Part shown: positions 1 through 8,495 of the stretch, one piece after another
Position numbering within the stretch: position 1 is the first letter of the stretch
Layout of the letters: every line of letters starts with the position of its first letter
Assembly: GCA_964449215.1 (NCBI GenBank)
Contig: CAYVAH010000007.1
Location: 1-24,271, forward strand
Source of the DNA: Candidatus Undinarchaeota archaeon
Lineage (GTDB): Archaea > SpSt-1190
Reading direction: 5' to 3'
Length of the DNA: 24,271 bases
Made by a program: the position numbers and the translations under genes
Notes under the pieces: model-generated
The model's database searches: none
The model's input: the letters and a program-made list of their open reading frames with translations, nothing else
Told to the model about the DNA's origin: nothing

Positions 1-834
1 CCCCGAAGCTGCTCTGGAGATCTTGGCGAGTTCCAGTGCGTACTCATCGGCTTTCAGAGCTGCACCTATCTCGGGAATGTCTGAATATTGCTCGAATAGC
101 TCCAGGTCCTCCTGACTGAAAGTGCTTCCAGGCTTCCTGTTGGGAAAATAGTTCCCCCAACCAAACAATAGTTTAAGTACTCCATTGGCGAATTTTTCCC
201 TGTAAAGCTCCCGGTGTTCCTCGTCTTCAATACCCCGGTAGTCCCGGACGAGGCGCTTTAGCATCAGTCTGGGAGCCTCGGAGGGGCGCCATTCATCTTC
301 TTCTATGCTGACAACTCTTTCGAGAAGCTGGCGATATATCTGTGGATCAAAAAATTCAACGGGGCTGTCGAATCCTACTGCAAGGTCGTTGAGAAAATTG
401 CTCAGGAACAGCACCGCAGAGTCTTTCGGGACTGTATCAACCTCGGCATTTGACAGCTCCTCATATGTTTGGGGGTCCAGCGAGATTGTTACATGAGTGC
501 AGTGGGGTAGCTGCCAAGACACCTTGAATTTCCCATCGCTGTTACGCACATAGGAAAAAACATTGAAATTCTTATCAGCAACATCCAGCAGGAAACCCAC
601 TTCCAGTCCTTTTACCTCATCATAGAGAAACGGAACGGGACAGATAATATATTCCCTGCCCTTGATTTTTTCCACCTGAATGCCCGCCCCCCAAGCCTGG
701 TGCTCCGGTCGGGTATTGACTATTGTCTTTTCAGCGTCGAGATTGTATTTTTTGACCACGGATGCCACAGTTTCCGGGCGGAGTGCCCTCAGGACTATGT
801 TTTGCAACTGTTTTTTTCTGGAACTCTCAGGCAT
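1..834 (-). CDS. Hypothetical protein, 3'-truncated by window edge (>=278 aa, MPESSRKKQLQNIVLRALRPE...)
   Basis: Manual translation: ATG at 834 and no stop codon down to base 1 (absent from the ORF track because it has no stop). TATA-like TTTAAATA on the minus strand at 857-864, about 22 nt upstream. No recognisable family motif. Confidence 0.8.
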   Translation of the reverse strand, partial: MPESSRKKQLQNIVLRALRPETVASVVKKYNLDAEKTIVNTRPEHQAWGAGIQVEKIKGREYIICPVPFLYDEVKGLEVGFLLDVADKNFNVFSYVRNSDGKFKVSWQLPHCTHVTISLDPQTYEELSNAEVDTVPKDSAVLFLSNFLNDLAVGFDSPVEFFDPQIYRQLLERVVSIEEDEWRPSEAPRLMLKRLVRDYRGIEDEEHRELYREKFANGVLKLLFGWGNYFPNRKPGSTFSQEDLELFEQYSDIPEIGAALKADEYALELAKISRAASG

Positions 835-924
835 ATACAACTATATAGTTACTCCCTATTTAAATTGTTCGCCCACACCAAACTCACGGGAAAACGCTTA
901 TTTACAAGCGCGCCGAGTTCTTTC

Positions 925-1155
925 ATGGTACTGGCATATATTATGGTAAGGGTTGATGCGGGAGAAGAGCGGAATGTTCTGAAAAAGGTGGAGGAGCTCG
1001 GCGAGGTGAAGGAGGCCCACATCATTTACGGCGAGTGGGACCTGATAATGAAAATAGAAGTCGCCAATGTCGAGGAAATAACGGTTTTCGTGGTCGATAA
1101 GCTCAGGAAGATTGAAGCAGTCAAGCTAACATCAACCATGATTGTGGCAGAGTAA
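925..1155 (+). CDS. Stand-alone Lrp/AsnC ligand-binding (RAM) domain protein, 76 aa
   Basis: MVLAYIMVRVDAGEERNVLKKV...EAHIIYGEWDLIMKIEV...LRKIEAVKLTSTMIV matches the Lrp/AsnC C-terminal domain pattern, with no HTH. Start reassigned to ATG 925, with an AT-rich TTATTTA about 21-27 nt upstream. Confidence 0.9.
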   Translation: MVLAYIMVRVDAGEERNVLKKVEELGEVKEAHIIYGEWDLIMKIEVANVEEITVFVVDKLRKIEAVKLTSTMIVAE

Positions 1156-1188
1156 CCGGGTTTTTAAGTGGCTGGGGATGGCGTATCT

Positions 1189-1482
1189 GTGATATGGTGC
1201 AGGCTCTACCGCCCCGGGGAAGTTGTCCTTGCCATGGCGGACGAGGAGCTGGCAGGAAAAGAATTCGAGGAGGGTGATTTCCGCCTGTCTGTCGGGCTTT
1301 TCTATCAGGGGGAGCTCGTGGATGAAGAACGGGCGAAGCAACTGCTGAAGGATGCCACAATAATCAACGCAGTCGGGAAAAGGGCGGTGGGGCTACTGAT
1401 TGAAGCCGGACTGATAAAGGAAAGATTCGTGAAAACCGTTCAGGGGGTCCCCCATGCACAGGCTGTTCTCCGGTATCTCTAA
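1189..1482 (+). CDS. DUF424 family protein
   Basis: VVLAMADEELAGKEF...FYQGELVD...ATIINAVGKRAV...VQGVPHAQ is characteristic of archaeal DUF424. The GTG start at 1189 is inferred. Confidence 0.85.
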   Translation: MIWCRLYRPGEVVLAMADEELAGKEFEEGDFRLSVGLFYQGELVDEERAKQLLKDATIINAVGKRAVGLLIEAGLIKERFVKTVQGVPHAQAVLRYL

Positions 1483-2459
1483 ACAACCGCAAAGTCAAGC
1501 TCCTTCGGTGCGCTGGTCAGGAGCTTTCCCCCAACCACAAAAACATCCTCCACCCGGACCCCAAACCCCTTGTATATCCCCGGCTCCACGGTAAGCACCA
1601 TCCCCCGCTTCAGTTTCCCACGGGTGAATGAAGGCGCCTCATGAACGTCGAGCCCTACACCATGACCAAGGGAATGCGCCAGCTTGCCCACAAGCTTCTC
1701 GGCAGCCTCACGGATCTCCCGCACAGAAACTCCCTCCTTAAGCTTCCGGACCACAGCGCCCTGGGCCTCCAGCACCTTCTCATAGGCCTCCTTGAACTCA
1801 CTCGAGCAGCCGAGAGAAAAGCTACGTGTTATGTCACTCGCATACATCCGGTAGGTCGGACCGAAGTCCACCACCACAGTGTCCCCCTGGTGGAGCCTTC
1901 TCCCGGAGGCGGTTGCGTGCGGTATGGCACTCCTGGGACCCGAAGCCACAATGGTCTCGAAGGCAAAACCCTCCGCTCCCTTCTCAACTGCGATCCGCTC
2001 AAGCTCAGCCTTCAGCTCCAGCTCCTTCACACCCGGGCGGATAAGCTCCCTGAACTCCTCGATGGAGCGGGAAGCAATCCTGCACGCCTTCCTTATTTTG
2101 GAAATCTCTTCACGGGATTTCACAGCCCTTTTCCTGGAGAGCCAGGCCGAGGCATCCCCAAGCCTGAACCCCTTCTTTTTCAGCATGTTGAAAGTTTTTA
2201 CAGTCAACCGGCGGAAGTTGACCCCAACCACCGAGTCACCAACCAGCTCGCCAAAAAGCTTCCAGAACTCAGACCTGCTCCGGTAAACCAGCATCCTCGC
2301 ATACTTCTCCGCTATCCCGGACTCGAGCGGACTGGCAAGAACCACAGGCTTGCGCCCGGAGACCACAACGCCCTTGCAAGGCTCCTCAATCCCACTGAGG
2401 TAGTAGAAATTCCTGTCCTCCACACCTGTGTTGAATATTGCTATCATGCACACATCCAT
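1479..2459 (-). CDS. pepQ: Xaa-Pro peptidase (M24B prolidase/aminopeptidase P family)
   Basis: Metal and substrate motifs AIPH, VVVDFG..Y..YASDITR, HSLGHGVGLDVHE, TVEPGIY and GVRVED. Start at ATG 2459 (or 2447). Confidence 0.92.
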   Translation of the reverse strand: MDVCMIAIFNTGVEDRNFYYLSGIEEPCKGVVVSGRKPVVLASPLESGIAEKYARMLVYRSRSEFWKLFGELVGDSVVGVNFRRLTVKTFNMLKKKGFRLGDASAWLSRKRAVKSREEISKIRKACRIASRSIEEFRELIRPGVKELELKAELERIAVEKGAEGFAFETIVASGPRSAIPHATASGRRLHQGDTVVVDFGPTYRMYASDITRSFSLGCSSEFKEAYEKVLEAQGAVVRKLKEGVSVREIREAAEKLVGKLAHSLGHGVGLDVHEAPSFTRGKLKRGMVLTVEPGIYKGFGVRVEDVFVVGGKLLTSAPKELDFAVV

Positions 2460-2492
2460 CAGAGAGGTTAATAAATATGAGCTGGTAGGCTT

Positions 2493-3155
2493 GTGGTGAA
2501 GGTCTGCAGGCATTGTGGCAGGGTGCTCAAGGGGAAGAGGTGGGTGCGTGCTGAAGTCGAGGGCGGAGAAATGGTGACATGTGAGGACTGTGCCCGCCAC
2601 CCCGGGACCCATTCAGCCATACTTCAGGTCAAGGGCGGGGACCCCAAAAACGTGGAAAAGCTGATAGCTGAGGAACTGGAAACCAGCAGAGCAGAAGGGA
2701 AGGTCGAACGGGTGTTCGAGAAGGGCGGAAAATACCATTTTACAAGCAAGAGCATGGCCAGGGCGGTAGCCCGGAAGCTCAAGCGTCAGGGTGGGGAGCT
2801 CCTCGAGACGTCCAAGGTGGTGACCTATGACCGGCAGAAATCCCGGCAGAAAACCCGCATAACCCTGCGAGTCCGCTTCCCCGTATCCAGAGGGGATGTG
2901 GTCCAATACAGGAGCAGAAAATATCTGGTCATCGGGATGCGAGGGGGATTTGTGCTCACAAAGGAAGGAAAAAAAATAAGGATAAAGGACATAAAAAAGG
3001 TCCCCTGCCGGAGGATGGAGGGCTTCTACATATCCAGCAGGCCTCCACTGGTCTTCCTGGAGTCCACCGGGGAAACCATCGAGGTGCCGGAGAAAGGGGA
3101 AGGAAAAGTCGAGGTTGTCATATCCGGAAAGAAGGTCTGGACACTACCGTTATAA
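2493..3155 (+). CDS. Nmd3-family ribosome biogenesis protein (shortened)
   Basis: CRHCG...W...CEDC followed by AILQVK, SKSMARAVARKLK..GGEL.ETSKVVTYDRQKSR..TRITLRVRFP and an SH3/OB-like RGDVV tail. This resembles the C-terminal part of archaeal Nmd3. Confidence 0.78.
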   Translation: MVKVCRHCGRVLKGKRWVRAEVEGGEMVTCEDCARHPGTHSAILQVKGGDPKNVEKLIAEELETSRAEGKVERVFEKGGKYHFTSKSMARAVARKLKRQGGELLETSKVVTYDRQKSRQKTRITLRVRFPVSRGDVVQYRSRKYLVIGMRGGFVLTKEGKKIRIKDIKKVPCRRMEGFYISSRPPLVFLESTGETIEVPEKGEGKVEVVISGKKVWTLPL

Positions 3156-3176
3156 AAAACCGGGCTTTCTGGGGAT

Positions 3177-4280
3177 GTGACGGTCCTCGGGCTCATAGGG
3201 AAGCCTAATGTGGGAAAAAGCAGCTTTTTCAGGGCGGCTACACTCAAGGACGTGGAAGTGGCGGACTACCCATTCACCACGATAAAACCGAATGTTGGTG
3301 TCGCGCACGTGAGCCTCCCCTGCCCGGCTCCGGAGTGCAACCCGAGGAGGGGCGCCTGCCTGGAAGGAACCCGGTTCGTGCCGGTGAAGCTCTATGACGT
3401 TGCCGGGCTGGTCCCGGGAGCCCACCTCGGAAAGGGACTTGGTAACAGATTCCTTGATGATGCCCGCCAGAGTGACGTGCTGATAATGGTGGTGGACAGC
3501 ACGGGAACCACGGATGCTGAAGGGAACAGGGGGGAAGGGAACCCCGTGGAGGACGTGCTTTTCGTGCTGGAGGAGTTCGACAGGTGGCTTGCCGGGATAA
3601 TCAAAAAAGTGAGGGAGACTGAAAAACTGAAAACAGAACTTGCCGGGCTCGGAATAACGGAAGAACAGGTTGAAAAGGCCCTTCTGGAGTCCTATCCATC
3701 GGGAGACTGCCTGGAGTTCGCCACCACCCTGCGGAAGCTCTCCAAGCCGGTAATAATAGCCGCAAACAAGTCGGACATCAGGGGAAGCGAGATATGGATA
3801 AACAAGCTCCAGAAAACCGGGTATCCGGTCGTGGTGACCTCTGCAGCCTATGAGCTCGCTCTGAGGAAAGCCGCGAACTCCGGGTATATCCGTTACGTGC
3901 CCGGAAGGGGGAGCTTCGAAGTGCTCAAGGAACTGGGGGAGAAGCAAGCAGAGGCCCTGGAGCGGATCAAAGCCTTCCTGAAGAAATTCGGCTCAACAGG
4001 GGTGCAGGAGGTCCTGAACAGGGCAACTTTTGAGCTGGGAGGGGTGATCGCGGTCTTCCCCGTAGAAAACGAGAACAAATGGACGGACTCCGCGGGCAAC
4101 GTGCTTCCGGACTGCCTCCTCGTGAAGAAGGGCACAACAGCCAAGGAGCTCGCCTATCTCGTTCACACAGACATAGGGAAAAAATTCGTGAAAGCCATAG
4201 ACGCCAAGACAAAGAAGGTAGTGGGGGCAGACCACGAGCTTTCCCACGGGGACATAATCAAAATAATGACTAGAGCTTAG
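3177..4280 (+). CDS. ychF: YchF/Obg-family translation-associated ATPase/GTPase with C-terminal TGS domain
   Basis: GLIGKPNVGKS (G1), YPFTTIKPN (G2), DVAGLVPGAH.GKGLGNRFL (G3), ANKSD (G4), and TGS motif GTTAKELAYLVHTDIG. Confidence 0.95.
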   Translation: MTVLGLIGKPNVGKSSFFRAATLKDVEVADYPFTTIKPNVGVAHVSLPCPAPECNPRRGACLEGTRFVPVKLYDVAGLVPGAHLGKGLGNRFLDDARQSDVLIMVVDSTGTTDAEGNRGEGNPVEDVLFVLEEFDRWLAGIIKKVRETEKLKTELAGLGITEEQVEKALLESYPSGDCLEFATTLRKLSKPVIIAANKSDIRGSEIWINKLQKTGYPVVVTSAAYELALRKAANSGYIRYVPGRGSFEVLKELGEKQAEALERIKAFLKKFGSTGVQEVLNRATFELGGVIAVFPVENENKWTDSAGNVLPDCLLVKKGTTAKELAYLVHTDIGKKFVKAIDAKTKKVVGADHELSHGDIIKIMTRA

Positions 4281-5259
4281 CGATGAGCCGTTCCAGCTCC
4301 TTCCTTTCGAGGTCACAGCGGAACCCCGTTGGGGAAAAGTGGGTTCGCACACCACCCGTGGCCTCCAGAACCTTTTCCATGGACGGGCAGGAACGAACAC
4401 CCCTGCACAGGGCGTGAACATCATAATACGGTCGGGGAAACTTCAACTCTTCACTTATCAACCGGAGCTGCTCCGCCGTCTTCGGGTGGGCAAGCTGGAC
4501 TTTCCGCGACATCTTCACCATTCCCTTTACCAAGGAGGGGTCCCACAGGTTCCCCTTGTAAATGGGCCCGACTCCTTCATAGCTCCCGAGCTCCCCAAGA
4601 AGCCTGTCAGAAGCCCCTGCACCCCTTTTCAGGGAGAAATACAGCCGGTAGCAATGCCTGTAGGCGTGAGCAAACACAGGCCTGGCAGCAACCTCAAGTT
4701 TTGCCCCTTCCCTGACCACGAATCCCGCAAGGGCACGAACGCCAATCTCCGGATAATTCGGGAGCTTTCGGGTCTGCACGCCGTATCGCCTTCGACCCAC
4801 CCTTGGATATGTGCCGGCAAGAGCAGCAGTGTCTGTCGCAGCCACCCCAATGACACGGATCGCCGATGAGAAGGCACAGTGCACGAAGGGTGCAGGGGAA
4901 CCGAAGGGGTCTATGTCCACGGCACCAAACCTGCGGGAGTGCAAAAGCACCCTCAAGTCCCCGCACATGACCTCAAGTTCCACTCCGTTCAGTCTGGCAT
5001 TCTTCTTTATCAGGGCAGCTGCCTTCTCAGAACGGTCATTCGCCACAACACTCAGCTCATGCCGGGCCAGGCGAACAGCCCTCGCCCCCGTCCCCGCCAT
5101 CCCATCAAGAACATCCACACCCATGGAAGCATAGAGCAGGAGGCTTATGTCCCTCGAAAGTGCCTGCTCCGGATTGTAAAAAACCTCCCCTTCCTCTGGC
5201 AGGGCAACGTCGGGAACTTTGAGCTTGACACCCCCTTCCTCCACGAGTTTCAGGCGCAT
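4270..5259 (-). CDS. trm1: tRNA (guanine26-N2)-dimethyltransferase Trm1
   Basis: VFYNPEQALSRDIS, VLDGMAGTGARAVR, VDIDPFGSPAPF, ATDTAALAG, EIGVRAL, RTHFSPTGFR. SD-like GGAGG upstream. Confidence 0.95.
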   Translation of the reverse strand: MRLKLVEEGGVKLKVPDVALPEEGEVFYNPEQALSRDISLLLYASMGVDVLDGMAGTGARAVRLARHELSVVANDRSEKAAALIKKNARLNGVELEVMCGDLRVLLHSRRFGAVDIDPFGSPAPFVHCAFSSAIRVIGVAATDTAALAGTYPRVGRRRYGVQTRKLPNYPEIGVRALAGFVVREGAKLEVAARPVFAHAYRHCYRLYFSLKRGAGASDRLLGELGSYEGVGPIYKGNLWDPSLVKGMVKMSRKVQLAHPKTAEQLRLISEELKFPRPYYDVHALCRGVRSCPSMEKVLEATGGVRTHFSPTGFRCDLERKELERLIAKL

Positions 5260-5350
5260 AAACCGCCTCCCAGCATGGTAAATTATAGTTATTTTACAAC
5301 TCTCAAGTTACAAGAAAATTATTATTATTGTTATCCGGTTTTAGTGGTTT

Positions 5351-6151
5351 ATGATTGACGAAAGGTTAGTAGATACAATTAAAGAGCACTTTGATCTCAA
5401 CAGCTATGAAGCGAAGGTCTGGATTGCCCTTCTCGGCAGGGGCATAACCAGCGCGGGAGAGCTGGCAGAACTCACAGGAGTGCCCAGGTCAAGAACCTAC
5501 GACATCCTGGAGTCCCTGGAGAGAAAGGGACTTGTAATAATGAGGCTTGGAAAGCCCATAAAATATATCTCGCTCAACCCTGTGGAGGTTATAGACAAAC
5601 TGAAGAAACGGGTGGACCTTGAACTAAATGAGCGGTTGAAGCGGATCGACGAGGTCAAGGAGAACCCGATATGGAAGGACGTGGTCGCCCTCTATGAGAA
5701 GGGAATAAAGAAGGTTGACCCAACCCAGGTCAGCGGGGCCATCAGGGGAAGGCACCACCTGCATGACAGGTTCGAGGAGCTTTTCAGCGAAGCCGAAGAG
5801 GAGATAATTATAGCAACCAGCGGGGTTGAAATGAACAGGATAATAGAGTATCACTATCCGGCGCTCAGGGCTGCCAAGGAGCGTGGTGTCAAGGTTCTCG
5901 TGGCGGTGACAAAGAAAGGACTGACGGAAAAGAACCTCAAGCTGAGCAAGGAACTCGGGGAGGTCAAGGAACTCGAGGGCATGGACACCCGGTTCGTGAT
6001 AATAGACGGCAGGGAGCTCATATTCATGCTGACCTCCGACCAGGAGGTGCACCCCAGCTATGACACGGGCGTCTGGATACACAGTCCATTTTTCGCCCAG
6101 AGCATCAGGGCCATGTTCGCCCATTCCTGGAGGAAAATGAAGACACTCTGA
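5351..6151 (+). CDS. TrmB-family transcriptional regulator (TrmBL2-like, 266 aa)
   Basis: N-terminal wHTH FDLNSYEAKVWIAL...ELAELTGVPRSRTYDILESLERKG, then a coiled coil and a C-terminal PLD-like domain (AAKERGVKVLV, RFVIIDG). Confidence 0.92.
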   Translation: MIDERLVDTIKEHFDLNSYEAKVWIALLGRGITSAGELAELTGVPRSRTYDILESLERKGLVIMRLGKPIKYISLNPVEVIDKLKKRVDLELNERLKRIDEVKENPIWKDVVALYEKGIKKVDPTQVSGAIRGRHHLHDRFEELFSEAEEEIIIATSGVEMNRIIEYHYPALRAAKERGVKVLVAVTKKGLTEKNLKLSKELGEVKELEGMDTRFVIIDGRELIFMLTSDQEVHPSYDTGVWIHSPFFAQSIRAMFAHSWRKMKTL

Positions 6152-6189
6152 TTGGTGGGCAAAACACCCACCTTTTACTGGTTTTTAGG

Positions 6190-6447
6190 CTACAGTGATG
6201 AGTACACCTTGTGCCTGTGGTCCAGTGTCACAACAAAAATCACAAGCTTGTTTGACTCCACACTCAAAATCACCCTGAGGCTCCCAACCCGCAAGCTATA
6301 CAAGGGAAACCCTTTCAGCCTTCTGATAAACCGGAAGGGCTTCTGCTTTATTGCTTCAACCTTGTAAATGACCCTCCCCGCCGTTTTCTTGTCAAGTTTC
6401 TTCAGCTTCTTGAAAGCAGTTTCAGACCAGATAACCCTGTAGGTCAA
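6190..6447 (-). CDS. relE: RelE/ParE-family toxin (mRNA interferase)
   Basis: YRVIWSETAFKKLKKLDK...RRLKG..LYSLRVGSLRVI...VVTLDHRHKVY. Overlaps the upstream antitoxin by 4 nt. Confidence 0.9.
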   Translation of the reverse strand: MTYRVIWSETAFKKLKKLDKKTAGRVIYKVEAIKQKPFRFIRRLKGFPLYSLRVGSLRVILSVESNKLVIFVVTLDHRHKVYSSL

Positions 6448-6671
6448 AGTCCCAGCTCCTTCACAACGCGCTCAGTTGTGCGGAGCCTCCCCTCACGCAG
6501 GTCCTTCAGCGCAGATTCTATCTCTTTGAGTGTCCTCTTGGATAGAGGTTCATCATCCACAGCAAGTTCTGTCAGCCTTTCTATAACACCGTTGAGAGGC
6601 TCCCGGGGATAGGCCCGCAACTTTTCTAACCTTCGCTTAACCTCAAGAGAAACACGTATTGTTGTATTCAT
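6444..6671 (-). CDS. Putative antitoxin (ribbon-helix-helix-like N-terminus) partnered with RelE
   Basis: TTIRVSLEVKRRLEKLR...E....VIERL N-terminus and C-terminal ALKDLREGRL.T.E.V.KELGL, typical of archaeal RelB-like antitoxins. Translationally coupled to relE. Confidence 0.85.
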   Translation of the reverse strand: MNTTIRVSLEVKRRLEKLRAYPREPLNGVIERLTELAVDDEPLSKRTLKEIESALKDLREGRLRTTERVVKELGL

Positions 6672-6672
6672 G

Positions 6673-6700
6673 TATGTATATTCACATATACCTTTTTATA
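6673..6700 (-). promoter_or_regulatory. TATA box and putative autoregulatory operator of the TA operon
   Basis: Minus-strand TATAAAAA (6693-6700) about 22 nt upstream of the antitoxin ATG. Inverted repeat TATGT-N6-ACATA at 6673-6688 lies between TATA and start. Confidence 0.45.
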
Positions 6701-7103
6701 CTTGAGCATATGAAGAGTGCCTTTTCAGATTGATTGCCCTGTTCGCCAGCCTGTCAGCCCTGCTGTTTTCCCGTCGGTCAATATGCTTCACGGTCCAGCT
6801 ATCCAGCCTGCCCAGAAGCCGCCGGGCCTTTTCAAACAACGGCCTTATACGTGGGTTTTTCACCCTGTATTCACCACGCAACTGGCGGACAACGAGCAAA
6901 CTGTCCATGAATATTTCAAGTTCCCCGGCACCCCTGGACAAAGCAAGCTTGACTCCTTCTATGAGCGCAAGATACTCCGCCTCGTTGTTGGTCCTGACAC
7001 CGAAATACACCGACTTTTCCTCCACGTCCCCATCGACCAGGACAATACCCCCACCAGCCTCCCCGGGATTACCGCGGGAAGCACCGTCTGTGTAGAGCTT
7101 CAT
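6696..7103 (-). CDS. rnhA: Ribonuclease HI
   Basis: YTDGASRGNPG, TNNEAEY, DSLLVVRQ and NSRADRLAN carry all four DEDD catalytic residues. Confidence 0.95.
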   Translation of the reverse strand: MKLYTDGASRGNPGEAGGGIVLVDGDVEEKSVYFGVRTNNEAEYLALIEGVKLALSRGAGELEIFMDSLLVVRQLRGEYRVKNPRIRPLFEKARRLLGRLDSWTVKHIDRRENSRADRLANRAINLKRHSSYAQV

Positions 7104-7126
7104 TCAAGAAACTGCGCCACGGATAT

Positions 7127-7161
7127 AAAAAGAAAGGGGAGAGGGCCGCGATGGGCCCTCT
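7127..7161 (-). terminator. GC-rich hairpin followed by pyrimidine/U tract downstream of ftsZ
   Basis: Minus strand AGAGGGCC-CATCGC-GGCCCTCT (7140-7161) followed by CCCCTTTCTTTTT. Confidence 0.55.
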
Positions 7162-7203
7162 GGGGGTGGGTCGGGACGGCTCCTCAAATAGAGGAGTTAC
7201 TCC

Positions 7204-8271
7204 TTAAGAAAGGAGCTTTATTCCCAGCTTGTTTGTCATCTCCAGAGCCTGCTGGGTCGGCTCCTTCGCATCCACAGGTCCGAGTATGTGGGGGCTCTTT
7301 ACCCCTGTAATTATGGTCATGACCCGGAGCTTACCCTCATACTTGGAGTCTATGCGGGCTCCCCAGATAACCTGGGCATCCTTGTCAAGCTCCTTCGTGA
7401 CATAGTCTCCGACCAGGGTGGTCTCCTCAAGGGTCATATCCGGACCACCGGTCACATGTATGAGCGCTCCTGTCGCCCCGCGATAGTCCACGTCCAGCAG
7501 CGGGTTGCTCATGGCCTTGCGGACCGCATCGGCAGCCTTGTTGTCGCTTGTGGACTCACCAACACCGATAACGGCAACCCCTCCTTTGCTCATTATGGAC
7601 TTCACATCGGCGTAGTCCAGGTTGACGAGGCTGGGAAGAGCAATTGTCTCAACTATGCCCTTTATCATCGTCGAAATCAGCTCGTCAGCGACCGAGAACG
7701 CCTGGCCAATTGGGAGATTGCCAGCTATCTCAAGAAGCCTGTTGTTGTCTATGACAATCACGGTGTCACAAACCTGCCTAAGCTCGTAGAGACCGGTCTC
7801 GGCCTTGTAAAGCCTGGCTTTCTCCATCTTGAAGGGCATGGTCACAGCGCCAATCACTATGGAGCCAAGCTCCTTAGCAATCCTCGCAATCACAGGGGCA
7901 CTCCCCGTTCCGGTCCCCCCTCCCATGCCCGCCACCACGAAGACCATATCAGCATCAGAAAGTGCCTCCTTGATCTCAGCCTTACTTTCCTCAGCAGCCT
8001 GTTTCCCGACCTCCGGAAAACCACCCGCCCCGAGACCCTTGCAAGTTTCCTTGCCGAGCAGGAGCTTCAGATCAGCCTCCCTGTGGTCAAGGTGCTGCTT
8101 GTCCGTGTTCATAGCAACTATTTTGGCTCCCTGAATTCCCATCTTGTAGAGCCTGTCCGCCGCGTTGTTCCCGGCACCACCGGTTCCAACGACGAATATC
8201 CTTACCTGTCCAACATCCCAATTTTCTTCCGTTTTCGGGTTCTGTAGCGCCGATTTTATGATGAAGTCCAT
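7204..8271 (-). CDS. ftsZ: Cell division protein FtsZ (FtsZ2-type)
   Basis: [15 protein letters not shown], the GMGGGTGTG tubulin signature, and [20 protein letters not shown] and [10 protein letters not shown], which resemble archaeal FtsZ2. Purine-rich GGGGAGGGAG upstream. Confidence 0.97.
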   Translation of the reverse strand: MDFIIKSALQNPKTEENWDVGQVRIFVVGTGGAGNNAADRLYKMGIQGAKIVAMNTDKQHLDHREADLKLLLGKETCKGLGAGGFPEVGKQAAEESKAEIKEALSDADMVFVVAGMGGGTGTGSAPVIARIAKELGSIVIGAVTMPFKMEKARLYKAETGLYELRQVCDTVIVIDNNRLLEIAGNLPIGQAFSVADELISTMIKGIVETIALPSLVNLDYADVKSIMSKGGVAVIGVGESTSDNKAADAVRKAMSNPLLDVDYRGATGALIHVTGGPDMTLEETTLVGDYVTKELDKDAQVIWGARIDSKYEGKLRVMTIITGVKSPHILGPVDAKEPTQQALEMTNKLGIKLLS

Positions 8272-8306
8272 ACATGACTCCCTCCCCTATACTTCGATAT
8301 ATACTT

Positions 8307-8444
8307 TGAACTACCACAATGGTTAATTATCCAGAGCGGTAGCTCATTCTATACAAGTCGAGAAGCCGGGCAAACCGGACCAAACCATGGGGCAAAACTG
8401 ACTGATCGATTGCAGATTGAGGGGGCTTTTCTCAATCTCAACTC
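8307..8444 (-). ncRNA. Candidate structured leader or small RNA upstream of ftsZ
   Basis: Two long stems at 8408-8444 and 8307-8346. The latter has G-U pairs only in the ftsZ-sense orientation. TATA-like CATAAATA at 8472-8479. No ORF longer than about 15 codons. Confidence 0.35.
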
Positions 8445-8495
8445 ATTCCTATTATACCCTCTATCTTGTTTTATTTATGCATATCTAGACAGAAT

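Noticed and set aside
700..924. N-terminal extension of the Lrp ORF in the track (also the extensions of pepQ, gatD, ppsA and yjbQ)
   Set aside because: The extensions overlap neighbouring genes or promoters. Homology and TATA/SD positions support the downstream starts.
7127..7204. Archaeal SECIS element in the ftsZ 3' UTR
   Set aside because: No in-frame TGA in ftsZ or its neighbours, and the hairpins lack the GAA/A internal-loop signature.
7288..8247. 319-aa plus-strand ORF antisense to ftsZ (likewise 1641-2471, 3150-3947, 15784-17028, 18150-19037)
   Set aside because: These are antisense shadows of well-supported genes in moderately GC-rich DNA, with no family motifs and atypical composition.
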